64,000 bases of DNA from Candidatus Kaiserbacteria bacterium RIFCSPHIGHO2_02_FULL_49_34 (GCA_001781205.1 MFLE01000014.1:26107-90106); one strand, 5' to 3'. Positions 7,864 through 18,892 are shown, numbered from the stretch's first letter. The notes: generated by a model not told the origin, from the sequence alone. Program-made: numbers and translations.

Positions 7864-8913
7864 ATGATTCATAATGAAAAACGAATCGCGACAGGCGCGC
7901 ATCATATCAATGAGCTTATGATGCAAGCCCTCGTACAGCACGGTGCGAAGGTGCGCAATTTCTTCCCTCGTATACAACTAACTAACACACCCATCCGAAT
8001 GCGTGGACTTTCAAGCATTCTTTTCTTTCACTCACTACTTGAACGTAAAAATGAAATTTTGCGGCATCATATCATACAGGGGACGACCTACACACCGCTT
8101 CCCTTTCTTTCGTTCAATACACCAATCGTGAGTCATTTTGGCTCGACAACGTCTGGCTTTCTCACGGATACACCGCGAACCTCAAAACTTTCGCCAAGCG
8201 AGCGAGCGATTTGGCGCGAGCTATGTGCGCTCCATATTATCCCTGAAATGGAGCTGCAAACCTTTCAGCCGCTCAGGGATATTGCTGATATGGAAGAACT
8301 TGTCGCAACACAAGTTACACGTTGTATTGCAACATCGGAGCACGTGCGTACGGAACTCGTCGATATGGGTGTGGCACCGGAAAAAATTGCGGTAATCCAC
8401 AACGCTATTGAAGACTACTGGTTCAAACGGGACAACACTCCTCCACTGACACCTCCGCACCTTGTGTTCCTTGGTCGTCTTGGGGGCGATGTGTTTACTC
8501 TCAAACTAAAGGGCCTCGACCGACTCATTGCACTCTATCGTTTGTTTCCTGCTATTCCAAAAGTCACCATTTGCATGACAGCAAATAAAAAGTTAAAGGA
8601 ATGGCTTCATGTTGCGTTCCCTCTGCATCAACTACATGCAAACACCCGTAAAGACCTTATCCCTAATCTTTTAACCAATTATTACGGAAGCATTCTTTTT
8701 ATTACATCTCGTTACGAAGGTTTTTCGCTAAGTCTTGTTGAGGGCATGTCGCAAGGACTCGTGCCAATATCGTATGCAGTTGGCGTTGCGCCTGAAATCA
8801 TTGAAGACGGAGTCAATGGATTCATTGTTTCTTCAATCGAAGAGGCACAAGAAAAAGTTGCGTTCCTGCTTGCACATCCAAACGAACGGCTTGCCATGGC
8901 ACATGCCGCATAA
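7864..8913 (+). CDS. Family-1 (GT4-like) glycosyltransferase
   Basis: C-terminal EGFSLSLVEGMSQGLVPIS...DGVNGF motif. ATG 7864 is preceded by aaggag. The track ORF starts at 7702. Confidence 0.75.
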   Translation: MIHNEKRIATGAHHINELMMQALVQHGAKVRNFFPRIQLTNTPIRMRGLSSILFFHSLLERKNEILRHHIIQGTTYTPLPFLSFNTPIVSHFGSTTSGFLTDTPRTSKLSPSERAIWRELCALHIIPEMELQTFQPLRDIADMEELVATQVTRCIATSEHVRTELVDMGVAPEKIAVIHNAIEDYWFKRDNTPPLTPPHLVFLGRLGGDVFTLKLKGLDRLIALYRLFPAIPKVTICMTANKKLKEWLHVAFPLHQLHANTRKDLIPNLLTNYYGSILFITSRYEGFSLSLVEGMSQGLVPISYAVGVAPEIIEDGVNGFIVSSIEEAQEKVAFLLAHPNERLAMAHAA

Positions 8914-9124
8914 AAAACTACCGAGCAGTTTCGCAGCGACACAATCGCCACTAAGTTACTTGCGCTCTATCGCGAAATACTCACACCACAGAAACAGACA
9001 ATGTCCGCTACTTGAAACTGGACCTCCTTACAGAAAAAGAGCCGCCTTGTAGTACTCTAAGACTTGTTTTCTTCAGTCCGTGCTATACTTTACTCATGAG
9101 ACGCTTGACGTTCCGTATATTTTT

Positions 9125-10075
9125 ATGCAGCAACATCATCACGCGCATACACGAATACTGAAACGCCTTTTCCTCTTGTTTTATATCTCAATTGGTCTTG
9201 TGGTGTTTTTGCTGAGTATTCCGTTGTGGAAGTCTATCGAGGAGAAGCAGAACGAAAAAGCTATCCATGCGGCGGATATGCTTTTTGCTCCTGTGGCTGA
9301 AAACATATACGAATACTCCGGACTCATTGTCGAGCAAGTCGAACAGATTAAGGAAAGGCATGCCACAAGCGAATTCTACCCCGAAAGCATCGCCACCATT
9401 ACACACTTCGACAAGGTACGTCCAACCAGCATCACTCGCTACCATGCGAGCACCTCTCTCTCATGGCATCGTATACAAGGTGCAGACGGAACATATACCG
9501 ACACTATCATAGAAGGTTCAGTTATTCGTAAAGAAATATACCTGCACGCGCTTAAGCTTCATAAGGGTGATATAACCATCATGTCCGCCCGCGAAGCGCC
9601 ACCATGTGAAGACATGCGCAACGTCCCGTCACTTCACTGTAATGCGAAAAACAGTATCGTCTATGTTATGGCAGTCTTCCATGATGCATCGGATAAACCA
9701 ACTGATATTCTCGCTATCGCCTACCCGATAGATATATGGATGACGGGGCTAATGCGTGGAGAGGTTTCACTCCCCGAAAATGCCTTCATCGTAGATGCGG
9801 AGGGGTACTATCTCTGGCATGGCAAAGATCCTAAAAAAGCCACCGAGCGAGCAGAGCGCGTAGACAGCAGTTTCTACAGCGACTTCCCCAAAACCTACAG
9901 TGCCATGATTGCAGGCGCAGGAGAAACATTCATAAAACAAAAACGCGAGCGAATACATCTTACTTCCCTCTACCCCGCCATCGAAAGACGATACGGTGGC
10001 GCGAACGTAAATATTCCAAACCCCTTCGTCCCCGCCGCGCTTAGATTTTTAATCATTGGTCTTAAAGAAAAATAA
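9125..10075 (+). CDS. Hypothetical membrane-anchored protein with a large extracytoplasmic (Cache/sensor-like) domain
   Basis: One N-terminal TM (LFLLFYISIGLVVFLLSIPLW); TATACT at 9085-9090 upstream. The track ORF begins at GTG 9080. Confidence 0.45.
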   Translation: MQQHHHAHTRILKRLFLLFYISIGLVVFLLSIPLWKSIEEKQNEKAIHAADMLFAPVAENIYEYSGLIVEQVEQIKERHATSEFYPESIATITHFDKVRPTSITRYHASTSLSWHRIQGADGTYTDTIIEGSVIRKEIYLHALKLHKGDITIMSAREAPPCEDMRNVPSLHCNAKNSIVYVMAVFHDASDKPTDILAIAYPIDIWMTGLMRGEVSLPENAFIVDAEGYYLWHGKDPKKATERAERVDSSFYSDFPKTYSAMIAGAGETFIKQKRERIHLTSLYPAIERRYGGANVNIPNPFVPAALRFLIIGLKEK

Positions 10076-10078
10076 CGT

Positions 10079-10747
10079 ATGAAAAAAACACAAAAGAAAG
10101 CAAGTTTATTAAAAATTAGTATTTTCAGTGTACTGTTCTTACTTCTAAGTGCCGCACCTCTCTATTTCATTGCAGAGAAAAGTGTTCGCAATACCATGCA
10201 GACACAAGCAGAAATGTTTGTACAAAAGATAGATACAAGACTTTTTACGTCGCTTACTGGAACACGCGACGATCTTGACACGCCTGCATATAAGGAACTA
10301 AAATCTGCATTCATAACATTGAAAGAACCACATGATAATATTGCGTTTCTTTATACCGCAGGAATCCGCAACGCAGCATACCGAGCAAAAACAGGAGACA
10401 TTCGCGATGAGAAAGAAGTATTTTTCTACCTCGACAGTGAACCTGAAGACTCGTACGATATCTCCCTCCCTGGCGATATTTACGATGATGCGAGCAGAGC
10501 GCTGTATAACTTATTTGAAACAGGAGAACCATACATTGTAGGACCAGAAACCGATGCATGGGGTACCTGGGTAAGTGTACTCTTACCTATTGGCGGCGAT
10601 ACGCTTGAAACACGTATAGCGTTTGGGGTTGATTACCACGCAGAAACATACACTCGTACGGTGCTTTGGCATCTCTTCAAACTTATGAGTATTCCTCTCC
10701 TCATTCTTTGTATCGGACTCGGTATCTATTGGCGTAAGAAAAAATAA
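10079..10747 (+). CDS. Hypothetical TM-periplasmic domain-TM protein
   Basis: N- and C-terminal hydrophobic helices flank a ~150-aa domain; 3 nt downstream of the previous gene. Confidence 0.45.
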   Translation: MKKTQKKASLLKISIFSVLFLLLSAAPLYFIAEKSVRNTMQTQAEMFVQKIDTRLFTSLTGTRDDLDTPAYKELKSAFITLKEPHDNIAFLYTAGIRNAAYRAKTGDIRDEKEVFFYLDSEPEDSYDISLPGDIYDDASRALYNLFETGEPYIVGPETDAWGTWVSVLLPIGGDTLETRIAFGVDYHAETYTRTVLWHLFKLMSIPLLILCIGLGIYWRKKK

Positions 10748-10748
10748 T

Positions 10749-12056
10749 ATGAAGATTAAGAAGCAGCACCGTATGAGGACTATTTTAATTGCTTTTGGCG
10801 CTTTTTGTGTAGTTGGCGCTAGTGTCTTTGTTTATTTCTTCATGCGTCCTGCGCCAATTCTTCGATTCTCATGGATTGAGAATTATCAAGGGAAAAATTT
10901 TCAAGCAGTACTTCGGGCATACGAGGAAGAAATGGGCGTGAAAACTACCTATACCCGCTATCAAGAAGAAGACTACACTGAATTTCTTGCAAAAACAGCA
11001 ACAGTGCCTGACGACGAAAAACTCGCCGATATCGTCATCGTTTCTCCTCGTTTCTTTAAACAAAATCCAGATATATTTCTCCCAATAACCGACTTTATCC
11101 ATGAACACAATGTTCGTGGCACCATGGTTGCGCAATTCGTTGATGCGGCAGCAAGTCATCCTGACCATGACAGTGAATACATTGGGCTCCCTTTGATGGG
11201 CGGCACGACAATTCTCGTCTATCGCCGAGACCTTTTTGAAGATGAGCGCCACAAAGCGATGTTTGCAGAGCGGTATGGCTACGAACTTGCTGTGCCACGA
11301 CTGTGGGGTGATATGCGTGATGTTGCGGAATATTTCACGAACCCCGAGCAAGGCATGGTTGGTTTCAGTATGCCGTTTAGTGATCATGATGGGTCACTTT
11401 CTAAAAGTTTAGAGTCATTTTGGTACACCTTTGCAGAGCCTTCAAATAAAAAGCATAGAAGTCTTAAGGAAATACTAGGATCCGACAACGCCATCCGTAC
11501 ATATATGCTTATCCATTCATGGGCACCCTTCCTTTCAAAGGAAGCCATTACTGGCGGCAGTGTGATTGCGCGCAAAGATTTCGCAGAAGGCAAGGCAGCG
11601 ATGGCGCTCCTTGACAGCGAGTATCTTATCCTCCTTGAAAATCCAGCGTTTAACGCCCATAAAGAAAACACTGGTTACGCCATCGTGCCTGCTGGTGAAT
11701 TCGGTCGCACAACATCAGCCTCTGGCGCAGTCATGGGAATAATCAACCATGACAAATCAAAAGAAGCACTTAAGTTCTTTGCATGGTTTAATACTTCCAG
11801 AGCACAGCAAATCTGGACAGATGCTGGCGGACTTTCCGTATTTAACAGAACACTCCAGTCCCAAAAATTCCTCCAAGATAAGCCGTACCATCCAATCTAC
11901 AAAGACGCACTCGCCCACACCGTTCCTATATCTCCTCTCAAAACAAATCTGGAAGAGCTCACGTTGGTCAATACGGAACTTCAAGACTTTCTCCTCAATC
12001 CCGAAAACCACACCCCCGAGACATCCATAGCGCGACTCCTTGAGGTACTTCAGTAA
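10749..12056 (+). CDS. Extracellular solute-binding protein (ABC-transporter SBP family 1-like)
   Basis: N-terminal TM anchor; ~430-aa SBP-sized protein with general SBP_bac_1-like features. Confidence 0.5.
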   Translation: MKIKKQHRMRTILIAFGAFCVVGASVFVYFFMRPAPILRFSWIENYQGKNFQAVLRAYEEEMGVKTTYTRYQEEDYTEFLAKTATVPDDEKLADIVIVSPRFFKQNPDIFLPITDFIHEHNVRGTMVAQFVDAAASHPDHDSEYIGLPLMGGTTILVYRRDLFEDERHKAMFAERYGYELAVPRLWGDMRDVAEYFTNPEQGMVGFSMPFSDHDGSLSKSLESFWYTFAEPSNKKHRSLKEILGSDNAIRTYMLIHSWAPFLSKEAITGGSVIARKDFAEGKAAMALLDSEYLILLENPAFNAHKENTGYAIVPAGEFGRTTSASGAVMGIINHDKSKEALKFFAWFNTSRAQQIWTDAGGLSVFNRTLQSQKFLQDKPYHPIYKDALAHTVPISPLKTNLEELTLVNTELQDFLLNPENHTPETSIARLLEVLQ

Positions 12057-12072
12057 AATGGAGCATCATTCA

Positions 12073-13275
12073 TTACTCCATCTCCTGTTCAAACACCCAC
12101 TTCTTATCTTGTAGTCGTGAGATATACAAGACTGGATCTCGTGGCGCACCATACTCATTAAAAGCAACTAATCCGTATGCGGTATTGATACTTCGCACGG
12201 TTCTGAGTGCATTGAGGAACTTTGTTTTGTCGGGACCTGTTTCTGCAGCGATACGAAATACGAGTGACGCGGCTTCATACCCAGCAAGAGTGAATCGTGA
12301 GGCTGGTTTTTCACCATATGCTTCGAAATAGTTCCTCTCAAACTCTTTTGCACGGACACTTACCAAATCTTCCTGATCTGGCAAGGGGTCAACTGAAAAG
12401 ATGTTCTCTGTATGTATAAATGTGCCAGGATTCTCGATAGTACCAGAAAACGAGGGGCCAATAATGTCACCCGTATAGCCATACTCACGAGCCGCGTTCA
12501 CAAATTCAAATAATCGAGGTGAGCCAAAGGAGCCAACAATAATAGCGTCTGGCCTTGTGGCAAATATCTCATCAAAGTTTTTTGTAGAGCTGGCAAATTC
12601 GGGGAGCGAGTAGCGTATGGTTGTCATCTGTTTTGTTGCTGCATACTCCCCTGCTGACTTAACAATACCCTCTCCAAACGCAATACCATCACTCAGGAGC
12701 ATAAGTGAATTGGCACCGCGACGCCACGCGAATTCGACTGCTACCTGTGATTGTCGCTCGCCATTTGCAGTCATACTAAAAAATGTTAACTCTCCTGTAG
12801 GAAAAAGATTTCTGTATTCATCTGCTGATGCATAGTTTGGTTTACTGAGCCCGGTATAGGTGACAGAAAAACCCATCTGTGCAACTCTCGCTCTGTTTAA
12901 AAGCGGTGCAATCGCAATGTGTACCGGACTTGCAATCGGCCCTATTGATGCGAGAAGCGCTGGGTCGTCCAGATGTTCTATGATGCTCGGTATTTTCTTC
13001 ACATCATCAAACGCTGCAGGCACCTCTGTATTAGAGATATCTACACGAACAAGCTCAATGAGGTACTTTCCCGCATATCCACCCATTTCGGCGAGTGCAA
13101 GATCAACACCAGCATACACACTCCGTGCCGACGCATGACTTGTTGAATAGGGGATTAGAAATTTCACTACCTGTTCTTCCTGTACCGTTTCCTCTTTCGA
13201 AAACCACAGATACCCACCACCAAGAAGCGCGAGAAAAAATACGCACACGCCGACCCATATAAAAATTCTTTTCAT
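12073..13275 (-). CDS. Periplasmic binding protein, type-1 fold (LivJ/branched-chain amino acid SBP-like)
   Basis: Signal/TM anchor followed by a Peripla_BP_6-like sequence (…LMLLSDGIAFGEGIVKSAGEYA…). Confidence 0.55.
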   Translation of the reverse strand: MKRIFIWVGVCVFFLALLGGGYLWFSKEETVQEEQVVKFLIPYSTSHASARSVYAGVDLALAEMGGYAGKYLIELVRVDISNTEVPAAFDDVKKIPSIIEHLDDPALLASIGPIASPVHIAIAPLLNRARVAQMGFSVTYTGLSKPNYASADEYRNLFPTGELTFFSMTANGERQSQVAVEFAWRRGANSLMLLSDGIAFGEGIVKSAGEYAATKQMTTIRYSLPEFASSTKNFDEIFATRPDAIIVGSFGSPRLFEFVNAAREYGYTGDIIGPSFSGTIENPGTFIHTENIFSVDPLPDQEDLVSVRAKEFERNYFEAYGEKPASRFTLAGYEAASLVFRIAAETGPDKTKFLNALRTVRSINTAYGLVAFNEYGAPRDPVLYISRLQDKKWVFEQEME

Positions 13276-13361
13276 AATTGAAATGACTGGTCGTCGTGCG
13301 ACTCTTCCTTGAAGTATACCCTAAAACACCAAAAGTCCTATCATGCCATTATGCAAACTGT

Positions 13362-13389
13362 TTGCATAATTTTTTGTGTATGCTAGAGT
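13362..13389 (+). promoter_or_regulatory. Sigma70-like promoter for a leaderless znuA transcript
   Basis: TTGCAT (13362-13367), 16-nt spacer, TAGAGT (13384-13389), then 8 nt to ATG 13398. Confidence 0.5.
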
Positions 13390-13397
13390 CTGTGCAT

Positions 13398-14330
13398 ATG
13401 AAATTTAAAATAAGTATCGCGTTGATTACTGTCGCGGGAGTCCTCGCACTTCTTTTTGCGCTGAGCACACTTAAAAAGAATGGGGGCGCTACAGAAGTTG
13501 CTGCAAGTTTTTATCCGATTGCGTTTTTGGCCGAGCGGGTTGCTGGTGATTCCGTTACGGTCTTTTCGGTCACACCATTTGACACGGAGCCGCACGACTA
13601 TGAACTTACACCAAGTATGGCACTTCGCCTCAGTAACGCAGCGCTCTTTATTCATACTGGTGCACACCTTGAGCCATGGGCGAATACGGTTATCACAACT
13701 AGAAATACACAAGAACTACCGTCACTTACGCTCCTTACCGAGGAAAACGCGCTTTTGCATGGGGAGGATACTGAAACAGACACACGCGGCGATGACGGAA
13801 GTGAATTCGACCCTCATTTCTGGCTTTCACCACTTCGCGCGATTGCGGCAGCCGATCAGATCGCCTTTACCTTGGCACATGTGTACCCTGAAGACGAAGC
13901 AGTGTTTACAGCAAATGCGCACGCCCTCACAACAACACTCAAGAAACTCGACGCCGCATATCGCACTGAACTTGCATCATGCACATCACGAATTCTTGTG
14001 ACCGACCACGATGCATTCGGCTACCTCGCTGCCGACTATGGACTCACCGTTCATGCAATTCGCGGTATTTCTCCTGATGAAGAACCTTCAATTGCAACAC
14101 TCGCCGCTATCACCGAACTTGTTCGCACGAACAACATCAAAACAATCTTTACCGAAGAGCTCGTCTCACCAACAATCGCGCAAACCATTGCACGAGAAAC
14201 AGGCGCACACGTTGCACTTCTTTCAACCATTGAAGGCCTCACGGAAGACGACATCAAAAACGGCAATGACTATATTTCCAAACTTCGTGGTAATCTAACT
14301 ACACTCAAGAAGTCTCTTGCATGTAACTAA
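13398..14330 (+). CDS. znuA: Zinc/manganese ABC transporter substrate-binding protein (TroA/ZnuA family)
   Basis: Signal peptide, then FYPIAFLAERVAGDSVTVFSVTP...EPHDYELTP...DHDAFGYLAADYGL. Confidence 0.8.
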   Translation: MKFKISIALITVAGVLALLFALSTLKKNGGATEVAASFYPIAFLAERVAGDSVTVFSVTPFDTEPHDYELTPSMALRLSNAALFIHTGAHLEPWANTVITTRNTQELPSLTLLTEENALLHGEDTETDTRGDDGSEFDPHFWLSPLRAIAAADQIAFTLAHVYPEDEAVFTANAHALTTTLKKLDAAYRTELASCTSRILVTDHDAFGYLAADYGLTVHAIRGISPDEEPSIATLAAITELVRTNNIKTIFTEELVSPTIAQTIARETGAHVALLSTIEGLTEDDIKNGNDYISKLRGNLTTLKKSLACN

Positions 14331-14331
14331 T

Positions 14332-15012
14332 ATGCTTTGCAATTCATCCGACCCAATCCTAACATTCAAGAACGTCTCCTTCGCCTACGACCGCGAGGCG
14401 ACGCTTTTTGATGTCTCGTTTACGATGCATCGTGGTGATTATCTCGTTGTAACGGGCGAGAATGGTTCCGGCAAATCGACCATCGCAAAGCTCGCCATCG
14501 GGCTTCTCGCTCCCGACACTGGCTCAATTATGTTTGATACGAAGCGTATCGGCTACGTTGCACAACACGCTGCACATATCGACCAGCTCTTCCCTGCAAC
14601 CGTGCGCGATATTGTTTCTATGGGGGTTCGCCCCTTCGACAAGCTCAGGGCAGGCCAAGAGGAAGAGCTCATCGCGAATGCGCTCGAACACGTCTCACTC
14701 GAAAATCACGCAACTGATCATATCGCCGAACTCTCTGGCGGCGAACGGCAACGAGTTATGATAGCCCGTGCGCTCGCGAGCAATCCAGAAATCCTCATTC
14801 TCGACGAACCAACCGTCGGCGTCGCCCATGCAGTCCGCGATGACTTCTATGCACTTCTCCACGAGCTTAATACCAAACATTGCGTCACTATTCTTCTTGT
14901 TACGCACGACAACAGCCGTGCACACCAAGATGCAACCCATGTTGTCTGTGTTGAAAACGGCGGGGTCCATTATCACGAAGACCCACACGAGTCGCACCAT
15001 CATGCACACTAA
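14332..15012 (+). CDS. znuC: Zinc ABC transporter ATP-binding protein with a His-rich C-terminus
   Basis: Walker A GENGSGKST, signature LSGGERQRV, Walker B ILILDEPT; C-terminal HEDPHESHHHAH. Confidence 0.85.
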   Translation: MLCNSSDPILTFKNVSFAYDREATLFDVSFTMHRGDYLVVTGENGSGKSTIAKLAIGLLAPDTGSIMFDTKRIGYVAQHAAHIDQLFPATVRDIVSMGVRPFDKLRAGQEEELIANALEHVSLENHATDHIAELSGGERQRVMIARALASNPEILILDEPTVGVAHAVRDDFYALLHELNTKHCVTILLVTHDNSRAHQDATHVVCVENGGVHYHEDPHESHHHAH

Positions 15013-15015
15013 TAT

Positions 15016-15807
15016 ATGTTCACCTACACATTTTTAGAACACGCGATTCTCGCCTCCCTCATTACCGCCATTGTTGCGCCAACCATTGGTTTCTTTCTCG
15101 TACTCCGACGCCAAGCACTTATGGCAGACACGCTTGCACACGTCTCACTTGCCGGTGTTGCCGCTGGTTTTCTTCTTGGTTTTAACCCACTTATTACCGC
15201 ACTTTTCGTCACAACTGGTAGTTCTCTCGCCATTGAACACCTGCGTGCCCGTCGCGTTGCTAGCGAATGGGCACTTGCGCTTTTCCTCTACGGATCACTC
15301 GCTGTCGCCATCATTCTCTTCTCGCTCGGCAAAAACGTCGGCAGTAGAGTAACCTCCTTCCTCTTCGGGAATCTTCTGACCGTCACGGAGAATGATCTCT
15401 TCTTTATGCTCACGCTCGGCGGCATCGTTATTGCAACCGTTGCTGTCTTCTGGAAACCCCTTCTCACCATCACCTTTGACGAAACCTTCGCTCACACCAT
15501 CAACCTCCCTGTCCGTCGTCTCACCACACTCCTTGCCGCACTCACCGCCGCCGTCATCACACTCTCTATCCCTACGCTCGGTGTTCTCCTTATCGGCGCC
15601 ATGATCTCAATCCCCGTCATCGCCGCCCTCCAGCTCCGCGCAAGCGCTGTCACCACTCTCTTTGCTGCAATCGCCATCGCCCTCATCAGCACCCTCTTCG
15701 GCCTCGCCTCCTCCCTCATGCTCAACATCGCCCCCGCCGGCACCATCGTCCTCACACTCATTCTAACTACCCTTCTCATCCGCCTCAGTCTCAGTATAAA
15801 AAAATAG
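15016..15807 (+). CDS. znuB: Zinc ABC transporter permease (ABC-3 family)
   Basis: Polytopic membrane protein immediately downstream of znuC. Confidence 0.8.
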   Translation: MFTYTFLEHAILASLITAIVAPTIGFFLVLRRQALMADTLAHVSLAGVAAGFLLGFNPLITALFVTTGSSLAIEHLRARRVASEWALALFLYGSLAVAIILFSLGKNVGSRVTSFLFGNLLTVTENDLFFMLTLGGIVIATVAVFWKPLLTITFDETFAHTINLPVRRLTTLLAALTAAVITLSIPTLGVLLIGAMISIPVIAALQLRASAVTTLFAAIAIALISTLFGLASSLMLNIAPAGTIVLTLILTTLLIRLSLSIKK

Positions 15808-15852
15808 CACAGAGAATAAATCTCTGTGCTATATATGCTTCATACTGCATTA

Positions 15853-16491
15853 TTAGACCTTCGCAACAGGGGGGAACGATCCTTGGATACGCACGAGCAC
15901 TGCTTCGATTTCGTGAATAAGAACAATCTCCTTCTCTGCAAGTTGCAGATAGAAGTCCTGCGTCTCGCGCACCTTGCGCCGTTGTTTTTCTTCAGGAACT
16001 GCCCAGAGCGTCAGTAGATTATGCAGTCGGTCGGCGAGCTTTATGATTATTGCCCACCGCGGCGCACATCCAAGATTTTGATGGTACGCACGATTCCGCG
16101 CCTCTTTATCTCCGTGATACAAATCGACTGACGGCTTAGTCACCCACCACACCAATTGCGCAACACCTTTATTGAACTCAAGTGCAAGACGCTCCTCATT
16201 CCATCCCTCGATATCCTCCATGATGTCATGGAGGAGTGCCGCCACTATCACATTCGCGTCACGAACACGCAGATATTCCATTAAAATCAAGGCGACACCG
16301 CGAAGGTGCTCAAAATATCGTGTCTCACCATCATCTCGAAAGTGCGGCCGGAAGGCGTTTTTCGCGGTGTCATACGCCTTTTCTATGAGAACATACTCTT
16401 CCGAAAAGATCGGAAAATGCCTCCCCACAATGGCAAAGAACTCTTTCCTGCTGCTATTCGCTACAAAAATGTTTTCAATACGAAGCAACAT
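15853..16491 (-). CDS. HD-domain (p)ppGpp hydrolase-like protein (RelA/SpoT-type HD, small alarmone hydrolase-like)
   Basis: RYFEHLRGVALIL...VIVAALLHDIMEDI...IKLADRLHNL motifs. The track ORF extends to 16554. Confidence 0.65.
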   Translation of the reverse strand: MLLRIENIFVANSSRKEFFAIVGRHFPIFSEEYVLIEKAYDTAKNAFRPHFRDDGETRYFEHLRGVALILMEYLRVRDANVIVAALLHDIMEDIEGWNEERLALEFNKGVAQLVWWVTKPSVDLYHGDKEARNRAYHQNLGCAPRWAIIIKLADRLHNLLTLWAVPEEKQRRKVRETQDFYLQLAEKEIVLIHEIEAVLVRIQGSFPPVAKV

Positions 16492-16618
16492 GGCGACCTC
16501 CTTCTCTAAGTAAGTTACAAGCGTATGCCGGCAGAGTATATGTTCCCACAACATTTGTCAACGAACGATACTACCTCTATGTCACACGTATTCATACGAG
16601 TTATGCTATACTCGTACC

Positions 16619-17092
16619 ATGTCAGAACGTCTTGCACGTATTGAATGGGATGCACTTCCGCACTTTCCACATGAACGTGGGGATGATTGGTATTGGGTTC
16701 TCGGCATCATTGGTGTCTCAAGCGCTATTGCGGCGTTCATTTTGAGCAATGTGCTTTTTGGTATTCTCATCATTCTCGGTATTCTGGTCATTAGTATCTA
16801 CACTGGCCTTGAAGTGCATGAACCAATCCCCTTCTCTATTTCGCAAGCCGGCATTCAAGTTGGCGACACCACCTATCCCTACGCAAAACTTACCTCATTC
16901 TTCATCGACCGTGAACATCGCCACGGCCCACACCTTCTTATCAGTAAGCCCGACGGCATCGACAACATCCTCATCATCCCTATCCCCGAAGATTACCTCG
17001 ACGAAATCGACGAAACTCTCTCGTACTACCTCCCCGAAGAACATCTCGAGGAGCCACTCCAAAACAGAATCATGGAACTTTTTGGATTATAG
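16619..17092 (+). CDS. Hypothetical membrane protein
   Basis: Two adjacent hydrophobic helices (VLGIIGVSSAIAAFILSNVLFGILIILGILVISIY). Confidence 0.4.
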   Translation: MSERLARIEWDALPHFPHERGDDWYWVLGIIGVSSAIAAFILSNVLFGILIILGILVISIYTGLEVHEPIPFSISQAGIQVGDTTYPYAKLTSFFIDREHRHGPHLLISKPDGIDNILIIPIPEDYLDEIDETLSYYLPEEHLEEPLQNRIMELFGL

Positions 17093-17157
17093 AAATCATG
17101 TCACGTCAGGTGATGTTTTTTCGTCTTTTTTGAAAACCAGCGTATACTGTACGCAGT

Positions 17158-18888
17158 ATGCAACTTACTGATGCTCAAATAAAACGGTTTGTGCTCGATA
17201 CGCACTTGGTAACACGCAAAGATGTGGATGCGGCTGCGGCAAAAGCGTCCGACCGTGGGATTTCTTTTGCGGATGCACTGCGCAGCCAAGGATCGCTCAC
17301 GCAGGACGACATCCGCCGCGCGAGCGCATATGTGCTTGGCGTACCATATGTCTCGCTCGTAAAACGCGCCATCGACCCGCACGTGATGCTACTTATGCCA
17401 GAAGCTATAGCCCGCACCTACAGCGCCATTCCCTATGCAATGACTGACGACACTATTGAGGTCGCCGTGCTTGACCTCGCGCATATCCCTGCACTCGAAG
17501 GACGTATGCGTACTGGCGGACGTCGCATGGTTGCACGACTTACCGACACCGCATCCATTCAATCGGCACTGAGCCGCTACCAGCGCCATCTCCACATCGA
17601 ATACAGCGATATCATCCGCAGCGCCTCCGACTCCCTCAAAAAAGCAATCACTCCTGATGAAGTAGAAGCAGGTGCGAAGAAACTCCTCGACACACTCATA
17701 AGTCACGCCCTCACCCAAGAAGCGCGTGTAATCCATATCGAACCAGGCGATGCATGCATTATCCGCTACCGCATCGGTACAACGCTCCATGATGCCATGG
17801 AGCTCCCGAAGCATGTCCTCGAACCGCTCGCTCGCATTGTCACTAAAGTGGCGCGTCTTGGTACAGCGACGGGAAGCGCGCACGACGGACGCTTCCGTAT
17901 TACTCGCCATGGTGAACGCATTGCGGTTCGCGTACGCACTATGCCAACACACACCGGCGTCACCACCGCACTCACTCTCGTACGTGGTAGTAGTCACGGC
18001 TTCACTCTCGACGGTCTCGGCTTCCACGGCGCAATGCTCGATGACTTCCTCCGTGCAAGTGCTGATCCGCACGCGAACATTCTCATCAGCGGCCCTGCAG
18101 GATCCGGCAAAACAACCACGCTCTATACCCTGCTCGACACGCTGCGCACACCAGCGACGAATGTCCTCACGGTTGAATCATCCATCAGTGCACCACTCGC
18201 GCGTATTGGACAGGTCAGTATCCGTCCCGATATCGGCTTCGACACCCGAGCAGCACTGCGCGCCGCACTTGCGCAGGACCCTGATGTGGTTGGTATCGAT
18301 GTCGCAAGTGACCAAACTGAACTTCTACAATTGCTTAGTGGCGCACGACTTCGCTCCATCCGCACCATCACCACCTCTTCACTCGGTGCTGCATGTGAGG
18401 CACTCGAGGTATTTGCAAAAGCTGCTGACGAGGCAACGCTTCCCCTCACCCACGTACTCGGCATCGCATCCGTCCGCATGCTCGGCGTAAACCGCGAAGC
18501 ATATCATCTCAGCGCACGCGAAATGGACAATCTTCGGAGCGTCGCCCGCATGAGCGACATTCTAGAAATACTCAAAGAAGAGCGTATCGTTCCTCCGAAG
18601 GCAACGTGGAGCAGTGTCCCCTTCTACCGTGCGCCACTCGAGACACCTGAACATGAAATCCATGCCGGCATGATTGGCGTCCATGAGCTTCTCACCGTCA
18701 CACCCGAACTCCTCACTGCATCGAAAAAACCCGACGCCTCGAACTACCTCGCCCACGCCGTCGAGCACGGCATGTTTACCCTCGTCGAGGACGCCATCAT
18801 GAAGGCCTCCATGGGAATCACCACCCTTGAAGAAGTCTGGCGCATCGTTGCCCTCTACTATGGCGAGAATGCAATTCCGACAAAATAA
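17158..18888 (+). CDS. GspE/PilB-family secretion ATPase (second paralog in the window)
   Basis: T2SSE_N-like N-domain; Walker A ILISGPAGSGKTTTLYTLLD. Confidence 0.75.
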   Translation: MQLTDAQIKRFVLDTHLVTRKDVDAAAAKASDRGISFADALRSQGSLTQDDIRRASAYVLGVPYVSLVKRAIDPHVMLLMPEAIARTYSAIPYAMTDDTIEVAVLDLAHIPALEGRMRTGGRRMVARLTDTASIQSALSRYQRHLHIEYSDIIRSASDSLKKAITPDEVEAGAKKLLDTLISHALTQEARVIHIEPGDACIIRYRIGTTLHDAMELPKHVLEPLARIVTKVARLGTATGSAHDGRFRITRHGERIAVRVRTMPTHTGVTTALTLVRGSSHGFTLDGLGFHGAMLDDFLRASADPHANILISGPAGSGKTTTLYTLLDTLRTPATNVLTVESSISAPLARIGQVSIRPDIGFDTRAALRAALAQDPDVVGIDVASDQTELLQLLSGARLRSIRTITTSSLGAACEALEVFAKAADEATLPLTHVLGIASVRMLGVNREAYHLSAREMDNLRSVARMSDILEILKEERIVPPKATWSSVPFYRAPLETPEHEIHAGMIGVHELLTVTPELLTASKKPDASNYLAHAVEHGMFTLVEDAIMKASMGITTLEEVWRIVALYYGENAIPTK

Positions 18889-18892
18889 AACT

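Noticed and set aside
9097-9162. ATG at 9097 directly after TATACT, as the start of the 9080/9125 gene
   Set aside because: It is in a different frame and yields only a 21-aa peptide. The TATACT more likely marks the TSS of a short-leader transcript whose ORF starts at ATG 9125.
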